DNA from: an uncultured bacterium
GTDB lineage: Bacteria > Krumholzibacteriota > Krumholzibacteriia > Krumholzibacteriales > Krumholzibacteriaceae
Direction: 5' to 3'
NCBI GenBank assembly: GCA_963786935.1
Contig: CAWBAN010000001.1
Coordinates: 704,001 to 768,000 of the forward strand
Length of the DNA: 64,000 nucleotides
A model generated the notes under the pieces. The model ran no database searches, was not told the DNA's origin, and saw nothing but the letters and a program-made list of their open reading frames with translations. The translations under genes were made by a program, and so were the position numbers. Below, piece by piece: positions 47,871 through 58,565 of the stretch; within the stretch, counting starts at the first letter, position 1; every line of letters starts with the position of its first letter.

Positions 47871-48725
47871 TCAGGCGAACGTCGAGGCGACGTATTCGCG
47901 CAGCGCCTCCCGCCACCCGCGCAGGGGGGGGCGTCCGAGGAGCTCGAATCCGCGGTTGCGCAGCGCTTCCATACGGGGACGGGGAGCGGGGAGGGGGAAC
48001 TCGCCGGACGAGACGCCCGTGACGGCGCAGCCGCGGATCCCCGCGGCGTCGACGATCTCGCGCGCCATCTCGAGGCGGCTCGCGCAGCCGCCGTTCGCGC
48101 AATGATACTTCCCGTACAGCCCCGATTCGATGAAGCCGAAGATTCCGCGGGCGAGGTCGGCCGTGTACGTCGGCGAGCCGAACTTGTCGTTCACCGCTTT
48201 GAGCTCCCGGGAAGCGCGGGCCCGCTCGACGATCTTGGCGACGAACTTCTTGTCGTCGCGCCCTCCGCCGAAGAGCCAGCACGTATAGAAGATGTAGAAG
48301 CGGGAGAGGATCTCGCGGATGGCGATCTCCCCTTCGTACTTGGATCGCGCATACGCGTTGGACGGGGCGATCGGATCGAACTCGACGTACGGCGTTTCCT
48401 TGGCGCCGTCGTAGACCATTCCGGTGCTGACGTACACGAGGTCCGCGTCGCAGCGGCGGCACGCGAGGGCCACGTTTCTCGCGCCGAGCGCGTTGACGCG
48501 GCGCGCTTCCTCGGGATTCGTTTCGCAGCCGTCGACATCGGTCATCGCGGCGAGGTGCAGCACGTATTTCGGCTTCGCGCCGCGGATCTCGGCGTCGATT
48601 TTCTCCGCGTCCCGGACGTCCGTTTCATGGAGATCGGTGGGGAAGATCTCGTAGCGCTCGGCGAACACGGCGGCGGCGGCCTTGCCGAGCATGCCCTTCG
48701 CGCCCGTGATGTAGATTCGGTCCAT
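47871..48725 (-). CDS. rmlD: dTDP-4-dehydrorhamnose reductase
   Basis: ITGAKGMLG, AAMTDVDGCE, YARSKYEGE, GSPTY, APRP. Confidence 0.9.
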   Translation of the reverse strand: MDRIYITGAKGMLGKAAAAVFAERYEIFPTDLHETDVRDAEKIDAEIRGAKPKYVLHLAAMTDVDGCETNPEEARRVNALGARNVALACRRCDADLVYVSTGMVYDGAKETPYVEFDPIAPSNAYARSKYEGEIAIREILSRFYIFYTCWLFGGGRDDKKFVAKIVERARASRELKAVNDKFGSPTYTADLARGIFGFIESGLYGKYHCANGGCASRLEMAREIVDAAGIRGCAVTGVSSGEFPLPAPRPRMEALRNRGFELLGRPPLRGWREALREYVASTFA

Positions 48726-48745
48726 GGTGCGCGCCCCGGCGGGGC

Positions 48746-49201
48746 TCAGCGATCCTTCCGGCTCCAGTCGTACGGGATCTCCTTCGAGTGCGCGTCGATG
48801 CGGAACTCGTCGGGTTCGTCGTAGCGATAGAGCTCCGTCGGCGTGTTGATGACGATCGCTTCCTCGGTCGAAATGCATTTGAAGCCGTGGCAGACGCCGG
48901 GCGGGATATGGACGCGCACGGGATTGTGCACGCCCGCGAAGATCTCGATCAATTCCCCGTGGGTCGGGGATCCGGCGCGCCGGTCGTAGAGGACGATCTT
49001 CATCATGCCGGCGACGACCACCATGTTATCCGCCTGCTTCTGGTGGTAGTGCCATCCCTTGACCGCGCCGGGATAGGCCGTCGTCATGTACACCTGCCCG
49101 AACTTCTGAAAATCGCTCTCGTCGCTCCGCATCATCTCCATGAGGCGGCCGCGCTCGTCGGGGATCACCTTGAGCTTCACGATTGTGACGCCGTCGATCA
49201 T
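48746..49201 (-). CDS. rmlC: dTDP-4-dehydrorhamnose 3,5-epimerase family protein
   Basis: DERG, KGWHYH, SPTHG, IPPGVCHGF. Confidence 0.85.
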   Translation of the reverse strand: MIDGVTIVKLKVIPDERGRLMEMMRSDESDFQKFGQVYMTTAYPGAVKGWHYHQKQADNMVVVAGMMKIVLYDRRAGSPTHGELIEIFAGVHNPVRVHIPPGVCHGFKCISTEEAIVINTPTELYRYDEPDEFRIDAHSKEIPYDWSRKDR

Positions 49202-49277
49202 GAACAATCCCTCCGTGCCTCGAACGGTTTCGTGCGGAAAGGGCCATTCATCACTGTATCGAACGATCCCGCGTGTG

Positions 49278-50786
49278 TCAACGCCTCTCGAGGAAGCTCG
49301 TGCCGCGCGGCGCGTCCGCGGCGCGCGGGGCCCCGCCTCCCGGCGCCGCCGATCCGAGCAAATCGAGAATCGTCGCCCCGATGTTGAGCGGGGAGACGAG
49401 CTCTCGCCGCACGGTCCGGCCGCGGAGCGGACCCGCGATGAGCACGCCCGTGGCGCGATGTCCCCCCGAGATCTTCCGGTGCCGGGGATTCACCGTGACG
49501 AGGGGGCGGTAGACCGACCAGTTGGTCCCGTAGCGCGCCTCCATCTCGTAGAGAACGTCGGGATACTTGTCGATGTGGGGGCCGCCGTAGATCTCCTCGC
49601 GGCGTTTTGCCCACCTGAAGACGCGCGTGCCGCGGGGGTCCGTCGCGGAGAGGAGCAGCTCGATGACCCGGTCGCGCACCCGCTCGTATTCGAGGCCCGT
49701 TTCGGCGCACCGCTTCCTCGACACGTCGACTCCGCCGAAGGGATTGTTGCCGCCGAACGACGAAGCGGCCGCGACGTTCTCCGAGCGGTCGACGAGGAAA
49801 TCCCCCTTCTTGAGCTTGCGCGTCCAGGGGAGGACGCGGGCCACGCGATACGAGAGATCCTCGAGGTCGAGCCGGTGCAGCGTTTCGAGCACCGCGTCTT
49901 TCGCGCGGTCGAGATGGTATCGGGGGCTCAGGAGCTTCGGCCCCTTGATGCGGCTCTCGAGCAGGCCGTTCTCGAGGAGGAGCCGGTTCACGTTGAAGTG
50001 GAGCGTCGGCCGCATTCCGTGCCCGTGATCGCTCAGGATGACGATCGTCGCGTCCGGTCCGGCGCTCCGCGCGATCCTGCCCACGCAGTCATCGATGAAC
50101 CGGTGAAAATCCGCGACGGCCCCGCGGTGCGCGCTCCGGCGCGGATGCGTGGGGTCGTCGGGATCGTGGTACCGCCAGAAGAAATGGAAGATGCGGTCGA
50201 GCGTCAACAGCGTCACGAACGCCAGATCCCACTGCTCGTTCTCGAGGAGCTCGACCGTGAAATCGACGATGGCGCGCGTCTCGGCCTTGCTCTTCTCGGC
50301 AAAGGACGCGAGCTCCCCCTTGTCCGGAAAATCGACGATTCCCCCGAGCGCCGGAAGCCGGTAGCGGTCCCGCAGCATCGGGGGGCGGATGTCGGCCTCT
50401 CCCGATATGAATACGGGGCCGCTCGCCATGATGCCGTTCACGTCCCACGGCGGATAGGCGAGGAGCGGATTGACGACGATCGATCGCTTTCCCGCCGCGC
50501 TCGCGGCGTCCCAGAAGGTTTTGCCGCGGAACCGGCCCGTGTCGACGGAAAACTGCTTCACGCCCTTCTTGAAGTAATCGATGCTCTCGAGGATGCCGTG
50601 CTCGCTCGGATCGAGCCCCGTGAAGATGCTGACCCAGGAGGGAATGCTGTCCGGCGGAAAGATCGCGTCCATTCCCCCGGCGAAGCCCGCGTCCGCGATC
50701 GCGCGGATGTTCGGGAGGGAGGGGAGCAGCGGCTCGAGCACCTTCCAATCCATGCCGTCGATGCCGATGACGACGACGCGGCTCAT
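49278..50786 (-). CDS. Alkaline phosphatase superfamily phosphodiesterase-like protein
   Basis: IGIDGMDW, PPDSIPSWVSIFTG, DRIFH, SDHGHG, GGH. Confidence 0.85.
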   Translation of the reverse strand: MSRVVVIGIDGMDWKVLEPLLPSLPNIRAIADAGFAGGMDAIFPPDSIPSWVSIFTGLDPSEHGILESIDYFKKGVKQFSVDTGRFRGKTFWDAASAAGKRSIVVNPLLAYPPWDVNGIMASGPVFISGEADIRPPMLRDRYRLPALGGIVDFPDKGELASFAEKSKAETRAIVDFTVELLENEQWDLAFVTLLTLDRIFHFFWRYHDPDDPTHPRRSAHRGAVADFHRFIDDCVGRIARSAGPDATIVILSDHGHGMRPTLHFNVNRLLLENGLLESRIKGPKLLSPRYHLDRAKDAVLETLHRLDLEDLSYRVARVLPWTRKLKKGDFLVDRSENVAAASSFGGNNPFGGVDVSRKRCAETGLEYERVRDRVIELLLSATDPRGTRVFRWAKRREEIYGGPHIDKYPDVLYEMEARYGTNWSVYRPLVTVNPRHRKISGGHRATGVLIAGPLRGRTVRRELVSPLNIGATILDLLGSAAPGGGAPRAADAPRGTSFLERR

Positions 50787-51523
50787 GGGCGATCACCTCG
50801 AGCGTCGCCGCGGGGGGCGGCGTCGCGCCGGCGTTCCCGCCACGGCTTCGAAAGCTCCCAGACGGAGCGCGCGACCGATTCGACGCTTCCCCCGCCGTCG
50901 ACGATCGGGGCGCCGAGAACGCGCGCCATCTCCGCGTAGTACTCGCGCCGGTCGGCGAGATAGGCGGCCGGCGTTCCGTCCGACTTTCTCGCGGCGCCCG
51001 TTTCGGGATCGATGTCGATGAACAGAACGAGCCCGGGCTTCGGGAACAGGCCGAGGAGCGGGTGATCCATGAGCTCGGGAAGGCGGCTCGCCGGGAGCGA
51101 GAAATTGATCGCGACGTCGACGAGGGTGTCGTAGACGTAGCGGTCGCAGAGAACCGCGCGCCCCTGCCCCCGGCGGGGGAGCAGCCGCGCGTGCACCTGC
51201 GCCGCGTATTCGCTCCAGACCATCATCTGCCAGAAATCGCGTTTCCAACCGCTCCGCATGCTCCGCCGCTTCGCATCGGTGAATCCGCGATAGTCCCCGT
51301 CCCGCACGCCGGCCCGCGCCATGAGGTACCGCTTGGCGAGCCTGATGGCGAACGCGCTCAAAAACGGCTTCCAGCGGTTCCAGACGACCGCCGCCCGGAT
51401 GCCCTCGGCGCCGAGCCGCTCGGCGAGCAGCGCGGTCTGGGTCGATTTTCCCGAGCCGTCGAGGCCGCTCAAAACGATGAGGGACGACGAGGGGGCGACC
51501 GTTTCGCGGAAAGGCCCTCTCAT
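50783..51523 (-). CDS. Thymidylate-kinase-like P-loop kinase
   Basis: SGLDGSGKST, CDRYVYD, PKPGLVLFID; ATGA overlaps on both sides. Confidence 0.8.
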   Translation of the reverse strand: MRGPFRETVAPSSSLIVLSGLDGSGKSTQTALLAERLGAEGIRAAVVWNRWKPFLSAFAIRLAKRYLMARAGVRDGDYRGFTDAKRRSMRSGWKRDFWQMMVWSEYAAQVHARLLPRRGQGRAVLCDRYVYDTLVDVAINFSLPASRLPELMDHPLLGLFPKPGLVLFIDIDPETGAARKSDGTPAAYLADRREYYAEMARVLGAPIVDGGGSVESVARSVWELSKPWRERRRDAAPRGDARGDRP

Positions 51524-52578
51524 TGCTCTCCTCCCCGCGCCGATTCGCGCGCGAGCGTTTTCAGGTGCGGCGAAAGCCGCGCGCGAAACACCTGCTCCCA
51601 TGAGTAATCCGCCACCTTCGCGGCCGTCTCCGGCCGCGAGAGCCGGACGGCGGCGATCTTCTCCGGGATTTCCGAGACCCGGTCGTAGTAACAGAAGCCG
51701 TTTCCTTCGCGGATCGTCGTCGGGAGGGCGCCGAAGCGGGTGGCGAGAACGGGAAGGTTGCACGCGCACGCCTCGATCACCGAAAGCGGAATCTCGACCG
51801 CGCCGGTCGAGCTGCTCACGGGGAACAGGTAGCAGTCGGAGGCCTGGTAGAGCTCGTGAACCTCGTCGATGTACTCGTCGATCACGATGATCCCCGCCAT
51901 GCGGAGCCGATGGGCCCAGGACGGATCGATCTCGCCCGCTTTGACGACCGGCTGCACGTCCGGTCCCCAGCCACGATAGCGCAGGAGCACTTCGAGGTTG
52001 CGGCTCTCCTTGATGTGTCCGACGTGGAGCACGATGTAGCGGTCGCGGGGAAAATCGTATTTGGCCTTGAGCTGCGAGCGCACCTCCGGGCTCGCCGGCC
52101 TGAAGAGGCGGCTGTCGTAGCCGGGCATGAGAAAATCGGTCTCGATACCGAGACGATCGAGCCGCTCGCGCACGGAGGCGGCGGGGGAGAGGATGAGATC
52201 CGGCTTTCCGAACGCCGACAGGAATGCGTGCGCCCGGCCGATAGACCGCTCCTGCAGCCCTATGGCGATTACCGGGGATCCGATGACGAGGCGGAGCAGA
52301 GCGCTGCGGGCGATGCCGAAAGCCGTGAGCCCCGACTGGGGGACATAGAGGACCGCGTCGAAGCGTTCCCGGCGCGCGAGCTTAAGGAGATCTTTCGTGA
52401 CGAGCGTTTTGCGCGACAGCGCCCTGATCGTTCTGATATCGGGGTCCAACTCACCAAGCGCATGTATGACAGTCAGTTCCGTTTCGTTATGGAGGAAACG
52501 GCACAGGTGCATGAGGAAAACGAGCGTTCCCTCACGGGGCTTGTTCGTGATCTCTTCCGACGCGAGGAGTATTTTCAT
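51520..52578 (-). CDS. Glycosyltransferase (GT4-like)
   Basis: LHVGH, YQASDCYLFP, EIPLSVIEACACNLPV. Confidence 0.82.
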   Translation of the reverse strand: MKILLASEEITNKPREGTLVFLMHLCRFLHNETELTVIHALGELDPDIRTIRALSRKTLVTKDLLKLARRERFDAVLYVPQSGLTAFGIARSALLRLVIGSPVIAIGLQERSIGRAHAFLSAFGKPDLILSPAASVRERLDRLGIETDFLMPGYDSRLFRPASPEVRSQLKAKYDFPRDRYIVLHVGHIKESRNLEVLLRYRGWGPDVQPVVKAGEIDPSWAHRLRMAGIIVIDEYIDEVHELYQASDCYLFPVSSSTGAVEIPLSVIEACACNLPVLATRFGALPTTIREGNGFCYYDRVSEIPEKIAAVRLSRPETAAKVADYSWEQVFRARLSPHLKTLARESARGGEQ

Positions 52579-52743
52579 ACGTATGGCGCAACAAATTGGG
52601 ATTTCACATGTTCAATCGCACTATTATGACGGTTTTTCGGCGGTGCGACAACGAAAATCGAGATGAAGGCGGGCAAAATGTGGAAAGATACTTGCTAAGA
52701 GAGGCTCGGCGCGAAATATTGGGTGGAATGGCGCCGTCGAACG

Positions 52744-52752
52744 TGTTATAAT
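52744..52752 (+). promoter_or_regulatory. Extended -10 promoter element
   Basis: TGTTATAAT about 40 nt before the aminotransferase start. Confidence 0.55.
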
Positions 52753-52790
52753 TTTGGAACTTGGGCCTGAGCCAAACGAGGTTGCGCATC

Positions 52791-53903
52791 ATGAGCAAAA
52801 AGATCCCGTTCATTGACCTCCAGACCGGTACCAGGAAAATCAGGAAAGAAATCGACGAGGCGATTGGAAACGTTCTCGATAATACCGCGTTCATTCTGGG
52901 ACCGGCGCTCGAGGCGTTCGAGTCGGAATTCGCCAAGTACTGCGAGACGACTCACTGCGTCGGCGTCCATTCCGGGACGGCCGCGCTCCATCTCGCGCTC
53001 GCCTCGTACGGCATCGGACCGGGGGACGAGGTCATCACCGTTCCCAACACCTTCATCGCGACGGTCGAGGCGATCGTCATGGCCGGCGCGAAGCCCGTTC
53101 TCGTGGACGTGCGCGCCGACGACGCGCTCATCGACGTCGAGCGTCTGGACGCGGCGATCACCCCGCGGACGAAGGCGATCATTCCGGTGCACCTCTTCGG
53201 CCAGCCCTGCGACATGGATCCGATCATGGCGATCGCGAAGAAGCGCGGCATCGTCGTCATCGAGGATTCGTGCCAGGGGCACGGATCGACCTACCAGGGC
53301 AGACGCGCCGGCTCTCTCGGGCACGCGGCCGCGTTCTCGTTCTATCCGAGCAAGAATCTCGGGGCATTCGGCGAAGGCGGCGCGATCACGACCGGGGATC
53401 CGCGGGTGTTCGAGCGGGCCCGGGCGCTGCGCCATCACGCGCAGTTCAAGCGGAACATCCACCAGGAGATGGGATACAACTACCGCCTCGATTCGATCCA
53501 GGCGGCGATTCTCAGGGTGAAGCTCGGATACCTCGACGGCTGGAACGACATGCGGAGAGCCGCCGCGAAGCGATATCTCGACAATCTCAAGGGCACGCGC
53601 TACTGGCTGCCGCTCGAGGTGGCGGGGCGCCGGCACGTGTACCATGTCTTTCCGATCGGGTGTCCCGACAAGAAGGCCGTCACCGCGGCCTTGACCGACG
53701 CGAATATCGGATGGGGGGAGCATTATCCCGTGCCCGTGCACCTGCAGCCGGCGTTCGCCCATCTCGGGAAGGAAGCGGGGAGCTATCCCGTGGCGGAGAA
53801 GCTCATGCGGGAGTCCGTTTCGCTCCCGATGTTTCCCGAGCTCGAGCCGGATGATATCGACCGCGTCTGCGAAGTGCTCAGAGGGGTCGACGGGAAGTCC
53901 TGA
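52791..53903 (+). CDS. DegT/DnrJ/EryC1/StrS sugar aminotransferase
   Basis: SGTAALHL, PVHLFGQ, EDSCQ, SFYPSKNLGAFGEGG, SLPMFP. Confidence 0.93.
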   Translation: MSKKIPFIDLQTGTRKIRKEIDEAIGNVLDNTAFILGPALEAFESEFAKYCETTHCVGVHSGTAALHLALASYGIGPGDEVITVPNTFIATVEAIVMAGAKPVLVDVRADDALIDVERLDAAITPRTKAIIPVHLFGQPCDMDPIMAIAKKRGIVVIEDSCQGHGSTYQGRRAGSLGHAAAFSFYPSKNLGAFGEGGAITTGDPRVFERARALRHHAQFKRNIHQEMGYNYRLDSIQAAILRVKLGYLDGWNDMRRAAAKRYLDNLKGTRYWLPLEVAGRRHVYHVFPIGCPDKKAVTAALTDANIGWGEHYPVPVHLQPAFAHLGKEAGSYPVAEKLMRESVSLPMFPELEPDDIDRVCEVLRGVDGKS

Positions 53904-53976
53904 GGGTTTGCGCAAGGAGGGGGCTATCGGATAATCGATAATGAAATAGCTCGGGGTCGCGGAGGCGTAACGCATA

Positions 53977-54714
53977 ATGAGAAAGCAATCGATGGCCCTG
54001 GACACCGCTCAGAAGTTTCAGCAGCTTACGGAGAGCCTCGAACCCCCCGCGGGAATCAAGCTCCGCGGGCGAATGTGGTCGCAGCGGCTCGTCAAGCGCC
54101 TGATCGATGTCGGCGCCGGCCTGCTGGTCACGATCGTCGGCTTTCCGTTCTTTCTCGCCGTTGCGCTGCTGATCAAGCTGACGTCTCGGGGACCCGTATT
54201 TTTCTCTCAAAAACGAATTGGGGAGCATGGGAGGAATTTTACCCTTTTCAAGTTCCGCACGATGCGTCAGGACAGCGACGACTCCATTCACCGCGAGTTC
54301 ACCCGCAGTTTCATCGAAGGGCGCATGCCCAATTCAAGCCTTGACGAAAAAACACCCTCCGTATATAAGTTGACAAACGATCCGCGCGTGACCTCGGTCG
54401 GCAACTTCCTGAGGAAGACGAGCCTCGATGAGCTCCCGCAGTTCATCAACATCCTCAGGGGAGAGATGACCCTCGTGGGGCCGCGGCCCCCGCTGCAGTA
54501 CGAGCTCGAGTACTACGAGGAATGGCACAAGCTCCGGCTCGAGGTGAAGCCCGGGCTCACCGGGCTCTGGCAGGTGAGCGGGAGGAGCCGCGTCTCGTTC
54601 GACGAGATGGTGAAGCTCGATCTCTACTACATCGAGCACTGGTCCCTGCTCCTCGATTTCAAGATCATGCTGCGGACCATTCCCGTGATGCTTTTCGGAT
54701 CGGGAGGCTATTGA
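53977..54714 (+). CDS. Second priming sugar transferase
   Basis: [40 protein letters not shown]. Confidence 0.92.
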   Translation: MRKQSMALDTAQKFQQLTESLEPPAGIKLRGRMWSQRLVKRLIDVGAGLLVTIVGFPFFLAVALLIKLTSRGPVFFSQKRIGEHGRNFTLFKFRTMRQDSDDSIHREFTRSFIEGRMPNSSLDEKTPSVYKLTNDPRVTSVGNFLRKTSLDELPQFINILRGEMTLVGPRPPLQYELEYYEEWHKLRLEVKPGLTGLWQVSGRSRVSFDEMVKLDLYYIEHWSLLLDFKIMLRTIPVMLFGSGGY

Positions 54715-54727
54715 GAATGGAGGCGTC

Positions 54728-55750
54728 GTGCTGAATGTCGGTGTCATCGGCTGCGGCTACTGGGGTCCCAACCTCATCAGGAATTTTTCAAACCTGAAAA
54801 CATCGAAGGTGATCGCCTGCGCGGACATCAACGAGAATCGTCTCACGCACATGAAGCAGCTCTACCCGGCCCTGCGGACGACGACCGATTTCCGCGAACT
54901 CGTCGCGGATCCGGGAATCGACGCGCTCGTCATCGCCACGCCGGTGTCGTCGCACTATCCGGTCGCGCGTGAAGCGCTCGAAGCGGGAAAGCACGTCTTC
55001 GTCGAGAAGCCGCTCGCGCAGTCGGTCGACGAAGGGAGGAAGCTCGTCGAGCTCGCGAAGCGGAAAGAGCGCGTGCTCATGGTCGGGCACACCTTCGTCT
55101 ATACCGCCGCGGTCAACAAGGTCAAGGATCTGATCTGGAACGGCGAGCTCGGAGACATCTACTACGTCGCCACGTCGCGCGTGAACCTCGGCATCTTCCA
55201 GGAAGACATCAACGTCGTGTGGGATCTGGCGCCGCACGACGTCTCGATCATGAACTACGTGCTCAACGCGCGCCCCATTTCGGTTTCGGCGATCGGTCAA
55301 TCGTACATCCGGCCGGGAATCGAGGACGTGGCGTTTCTCCTCCTGCGGTATCCGCAGTCGACGATCGCGAACATTCACGTCTCGTGGCTCAATCCGAACA
55401 AGATCAGGAGCACGACGGTCGTCGGGAGCAAGAAGATGCTCGTCTACGACGACGTTTCGAGCCTCGAGAAGATACGGATCTACGACAAGGGCGTGACGGT
55501 GACGCCCCACTACGACACCTTCGGCGAGTTTCAGCTCTCGTACCGGTACGGCGACATATCCATCCCGCGCCTCGACGACGCCGAGCCGCTCAAGATCGAG
55601 TGCCAGCACTTCGTCGATTGCATCGAGAAGGGCGTGACCCCCAGGAGCGGCGGGACGCACGGTCTCGAAGTGCTCCTCGCCCTCGACGCGGCGGATCGCT
55701 CGATGCGGGAGCACGGCACGGAAGTCACGATCGAGTATCCCAAGCTGTAG
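54728..55750 (+). CDS. Gfo/Idh/MocA oxidoreductase (nucleotide-sugar dehydrogenase)
   Basis: [20 protein letters not shown]. Confidence 0.9.
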   Translation: MLNVGVIGCGYWGPNLIRNFSNLKTSKVIACADINENRLTHMKQLYPALRTTTDFRELVADPGIDALVIATPVSSHYPVAREALEAGKHVFVEKPLAQSVDEGRKLVELAKRKERVLMVGHTFVYTAAVNKVKDLIWNGELGDIYYVATSRVNLGIFQEDINVVWDLAPHDVSIMNYVLNARPISVSAIGQSYIRPGIEDVAFLLLRYPQSTIANIHVSWLNPNKIRSTTVVGSKKMLVYDDVSSLEKIRIYDKGVTVTPHYDTFGEFQLSYRYGDISIPRLDDAEPLKIECQHFVDCIEKGVTPRSGGTHGLEVLLALDAADRSMREHGTEVTIEYPKL

Positions 55751-55761
55751 GGTTTCTCGCC

Positions 55762-56400
55762 ATGAATGATCATTTCGTTTCGCCCGCGCTGGGCACCGTT
55801 CATCTCGGCGCCGATTCGTCCATCGACGAGGGGGCCATCCTCGGCTATCTCTCCCCGCGGCGCGGCGTGAGCGGCGTGCTCACGATCGGTCCGAACGCCC
55901 GCGTGCGGAGCGGGTGCGTCATCTACGCGGGTTCCCGCATCGGATCGCATCTCGAGACGGGGCATCACACGATCATCAGGGAGGAGAGCGAGATCGGGGA
56001 CCGTTTTTCGATCTGGAACGGCTCCGTCGTCGATTACGGCTGCCGCATCGGCACGAACGTGAAGATCCACTGCCAGGTGTACATCGCGCAGTTCACGATC
56101 ATCGAAGACAACGTGTTTCTCGCGCCCGGAGTCAAGATCGCGAACGATTACCATCCCGGCTGCCCCGATTCGAAGGACTGCATGCGCGGACCGACGCTCA
56201 AGAAGGGCTGCCATATCGGCGTGAACGTGACGATCCTGCCCTACGTCACGATCGGCGAGGGTGCGCTCATCGGGAGCGGCTCGGTCGTCACGAAGGATGT
56301 GCCGCCCGGCGTCGTCGCGTACGGGAATCCCGCGCGCGTGCATGAGCGGCTCGACGAGATGCGCTGCAAGACGGGACGCCGGGAAGCCCCCTACCGGTGA
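55762..56400 (+). CDS. Hexapeptide-repeat N-acetyltransferase
   Basis: Left-handed beta-helix repeats, [16 protein letters not shown]. Confidence 0.88.
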   Translation: MNDHFVSPALGTVHLGADSSIDEGAILGYLSPRRGVSGVLTIGPNARVRSGCVIYAGSRIGSHLETGHHTIIREESEIGDRFSIWNGSVVDYGCRIGTNVKIHCQVYIAQFTIIEDNVFLAPGVKIANDYHPGCPDSKDCMRGPTLKKGCHIGVNVTILPYVTIGEGALIGSGSVVTKDVPPGVVAYGNPARVHERLDEMRCKTGRREAPYR

Positions 56401-57557
56401 CGGATTTCACGATGACGGCGAAGGGACAGTCTCCCCGCGTCGAGATGCTCGCCTCGACCCTCGTGACGGGGGGGGCGGAGCGCGTCATCGAAGCGCTCGC
56501 GCTCGGGCTCCCCGCGCGCGGATTGTCCGTTCGAGTCCTCTGCCTGCACGATGCGGGCCCGATCGGCGACGCGATCGGGCGCCGCGGGACGCCGGTCATC
56601 ACGGACATCGCGCGCCGCCGCCGCGATCCCTTTGTCTGCGTCCGTCTCGCCTCGCTGCTCGCCCGGAACCGGGAGGCCGTTCTCCTGTCGCTCGATCATC
56701 ACGACGCCGTGTTCGCCGGCGCGGCCGCGGCGCGCTGGGCGGGTTTGAAGCACCGGTTTCTCGCCGTTCATTCCACGGGCCTCTGGGGAAAGCGCAGCTC
56801 CTTCTCCGCGAGCGATCGGTTCGTGCTTCGCTCGTACGAGGGAATCGTGGCGCTGGCGAAGACGCACGCCGATTACCTCGTGCGCCGCGAGGGGATCGAC
56901 GAGCGGAAGATTCGAATCATCCCGAACGGCGTCGACACGGAGCGGTTTCGGCCGGCGGCGTCCGGCGCCGAACGCGAGCGCTCGCGCGATGCGCTCTCGA
57001 TCCCGCCCGGACGGTTCGTCGTCACGATCGTCGCCGCCCTGCGGCCCGAGAAGAACCACCGGCTGCTGCTCGACGCCGCCGCGCGGATCGGGGCCCGCCG
57101 TCGGGATTTCCTGTTTCTGATCGTCGGGGACGGCGGGGAAGGGGACGGGCTGCGGGGGCGGGCGGCGGGGCTTTCGCTCGGTGATACGGTTCGCTTCATG
57201 GGGCGCCGGGAGGATATTCCGGCGATTCTCTCCGCGTCCGACGTTTCGGTGCTGTGCTCGCACGCGGTCGTGGAGACGTTTCCGCTGGCAGTGCTCGAGG
57301 CGATGGCGTGCGGCGTGCCCGTCGTCGCCTCGGACGTCGGCGCGGTGCGCGAAATGGTCGCCGACGGCGATGAGGGGCGCGTCGTCCCGCCGGGGGACGT
57401 CGAGACGCTCGCCGGAGCGCTCCTCTCGCTCGCGGACGCGCCGGAAGAGCGCTCGCGGATGGGACGGCGCGGGCGGGAGCGGGTTGTCAGGGATTTCGCG
57501 GTGGGAGACATGGTACGGCGGTATGCGGATGTGTTCAGCGAGGCGCTCGAACGATAG
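56397..57557 (+). CDS. Glycosyltransferase family 4
   Basis: [32 protein letters not shown]. Confidence 0.9.
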   Translation: MTDFTMTAKGQSPRVEMLASTLVTGGAERVIEALALGLPARGLSVRVLCLHDAGPIGDAIGRRGTPVITDIARRRRDPFVCVRLASLLARNREAVLLSLDHHDAVFAGAAAARWAGLKHRFLAVHSTGLWGKRSSFSASDRFVLRSYEGIVALAKTHADYLVRREGIDERKIRIIPNGVDTERFRPAASGAERERSRDALSIPPGRFVVTIVAALRPEKNHRLLLDAAARIGARRRDFLFLIVGDGGEGDGLRGRAAGLSLGDTVRFMGRREDIPAILSASDVSVLCSHAVVETFPLAVLEAMACGVPVVASDVGAVREMVADGDEGRVVPPGDVETLAGALLSLADAPEERSRMGRRGRERVVRDFAVGDMVRRYADVFSEALER

Positions 57558-57572
57558 GATGAGAGGATTGGC

Positions 57573-58565
57573 ATGCAAACGCCGGTAGATGCGGTGGTCG
57601 CGGTAACGTACCGGTGCGATTCCCGGTGCAACATGTGCAATATCTGGCAGCTGCCGCCGGGAGACGAGCTTTCGAGCGATGAGTACCGGAAGCTGCCCCG
57701 CACGCTGCGGGACATCAACATCACGGGCGGAGAGCCGTTCCTCCGCGACGATCTCGTCGAGATCGTCCGGACCCTCGACGCCCGGTGCGCTCATCCGCGC
57801 ATCGTGATCTCCACGAACGGATTCGAGAGGCGCCGGATCGCGCACGCGGCGCCGGGGCTCCTCGCGATCGGAAGGAACGTCGGCATCGCCGTATCGCTCG
57901 ACGGCATCGGGGAGAAGCACGACGAGATACGGGGCATCCCCGGCGGCTTCGACAAGGTCGTCGAGACGCTGAAGCAGCTCCGCACGATCGGGTACCGCAA
58001 CGTCCGCGTGGCGTTCACGGCCCAGCGCGGCAACGTGAAGCATCTCGGCGCGGTCTACGATCTCTCGCGGCAGTTCGGATTCCAATTCACGACCTCGGTC
58101 GCGCAGAATTCGGATTTCTATTTTTCCACCGACGAGAACCAGACGGTCGATCCGCTCGATCTCGAGGCCGAGCTCGCGTACGTGATGCGGAAGGAGCTCC
58201 TGAGTCTCAGCCCGAAGCGTTGGCTGCGGGCATATTTTTACGCGGGTGTTCTCGAGTACAACGTTTCGCGGGAGCGAATGCTCCCGTGCCGCGCCGGGCG
58301 CGATTCATTCTTCATGGATCCCGCCGGATTCGTCTACCCGTGTCTCACCCTCAACATCCCGATGGGCACGATCCGCGAGCGGGCGTTCGAGGAGATCTGG
58401 AGGGGGGAAGCGGCGGAGGCGGCGCGCTCCCGGGTCGATTGCTGCCGCCAGCCGTGCTGGATGATCTGCACGGCCCGGACGGCCATGATGCGGCGTCCCC
58501 AGAGAGCCGCGATGTGGATCCTCGGCGCCTGGGGCAGGATCGCCGCGGGGAAAAAGGTGCGATGA
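57573..58565 (+). CDS. Radical SAM protein with SPASM/twitch-type C-terminus
   Basis: CDSRCNMC, TGGEP, SLDG, CRAG...GFVYPC...CCRQPCWMIC. Confidence 0.88.
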   Translation: MQTPVDAVVAVTYRCDSRCNMCNIWQLPPGDELSSDEYRKLPRTLRDINITGGEPFLRDDLVEIVRTLDARCAHPRIVISTNGFERRRIAHAAPGLLAIGRNVGIAVSLDGIGEKHDEIRGIPGGFDKVVETLKQLRTIGYRNVRVAFTAQRGNVKHLGAVYDLSRQFGFQFTTSVAQNSDFYFSTDENQTVDPLDLEAELAYVMRKELLSLSPKRWLRAYFYAGVLEYNVSRERMLPCRAGRDSFFMDPAGFVYPCLTLNIPMGTIRERAFEEIWRGEAAEAARSRVDCCRQPCWMICTARTAMMRRPQRAAMWILGAWGRIAAGKKVR

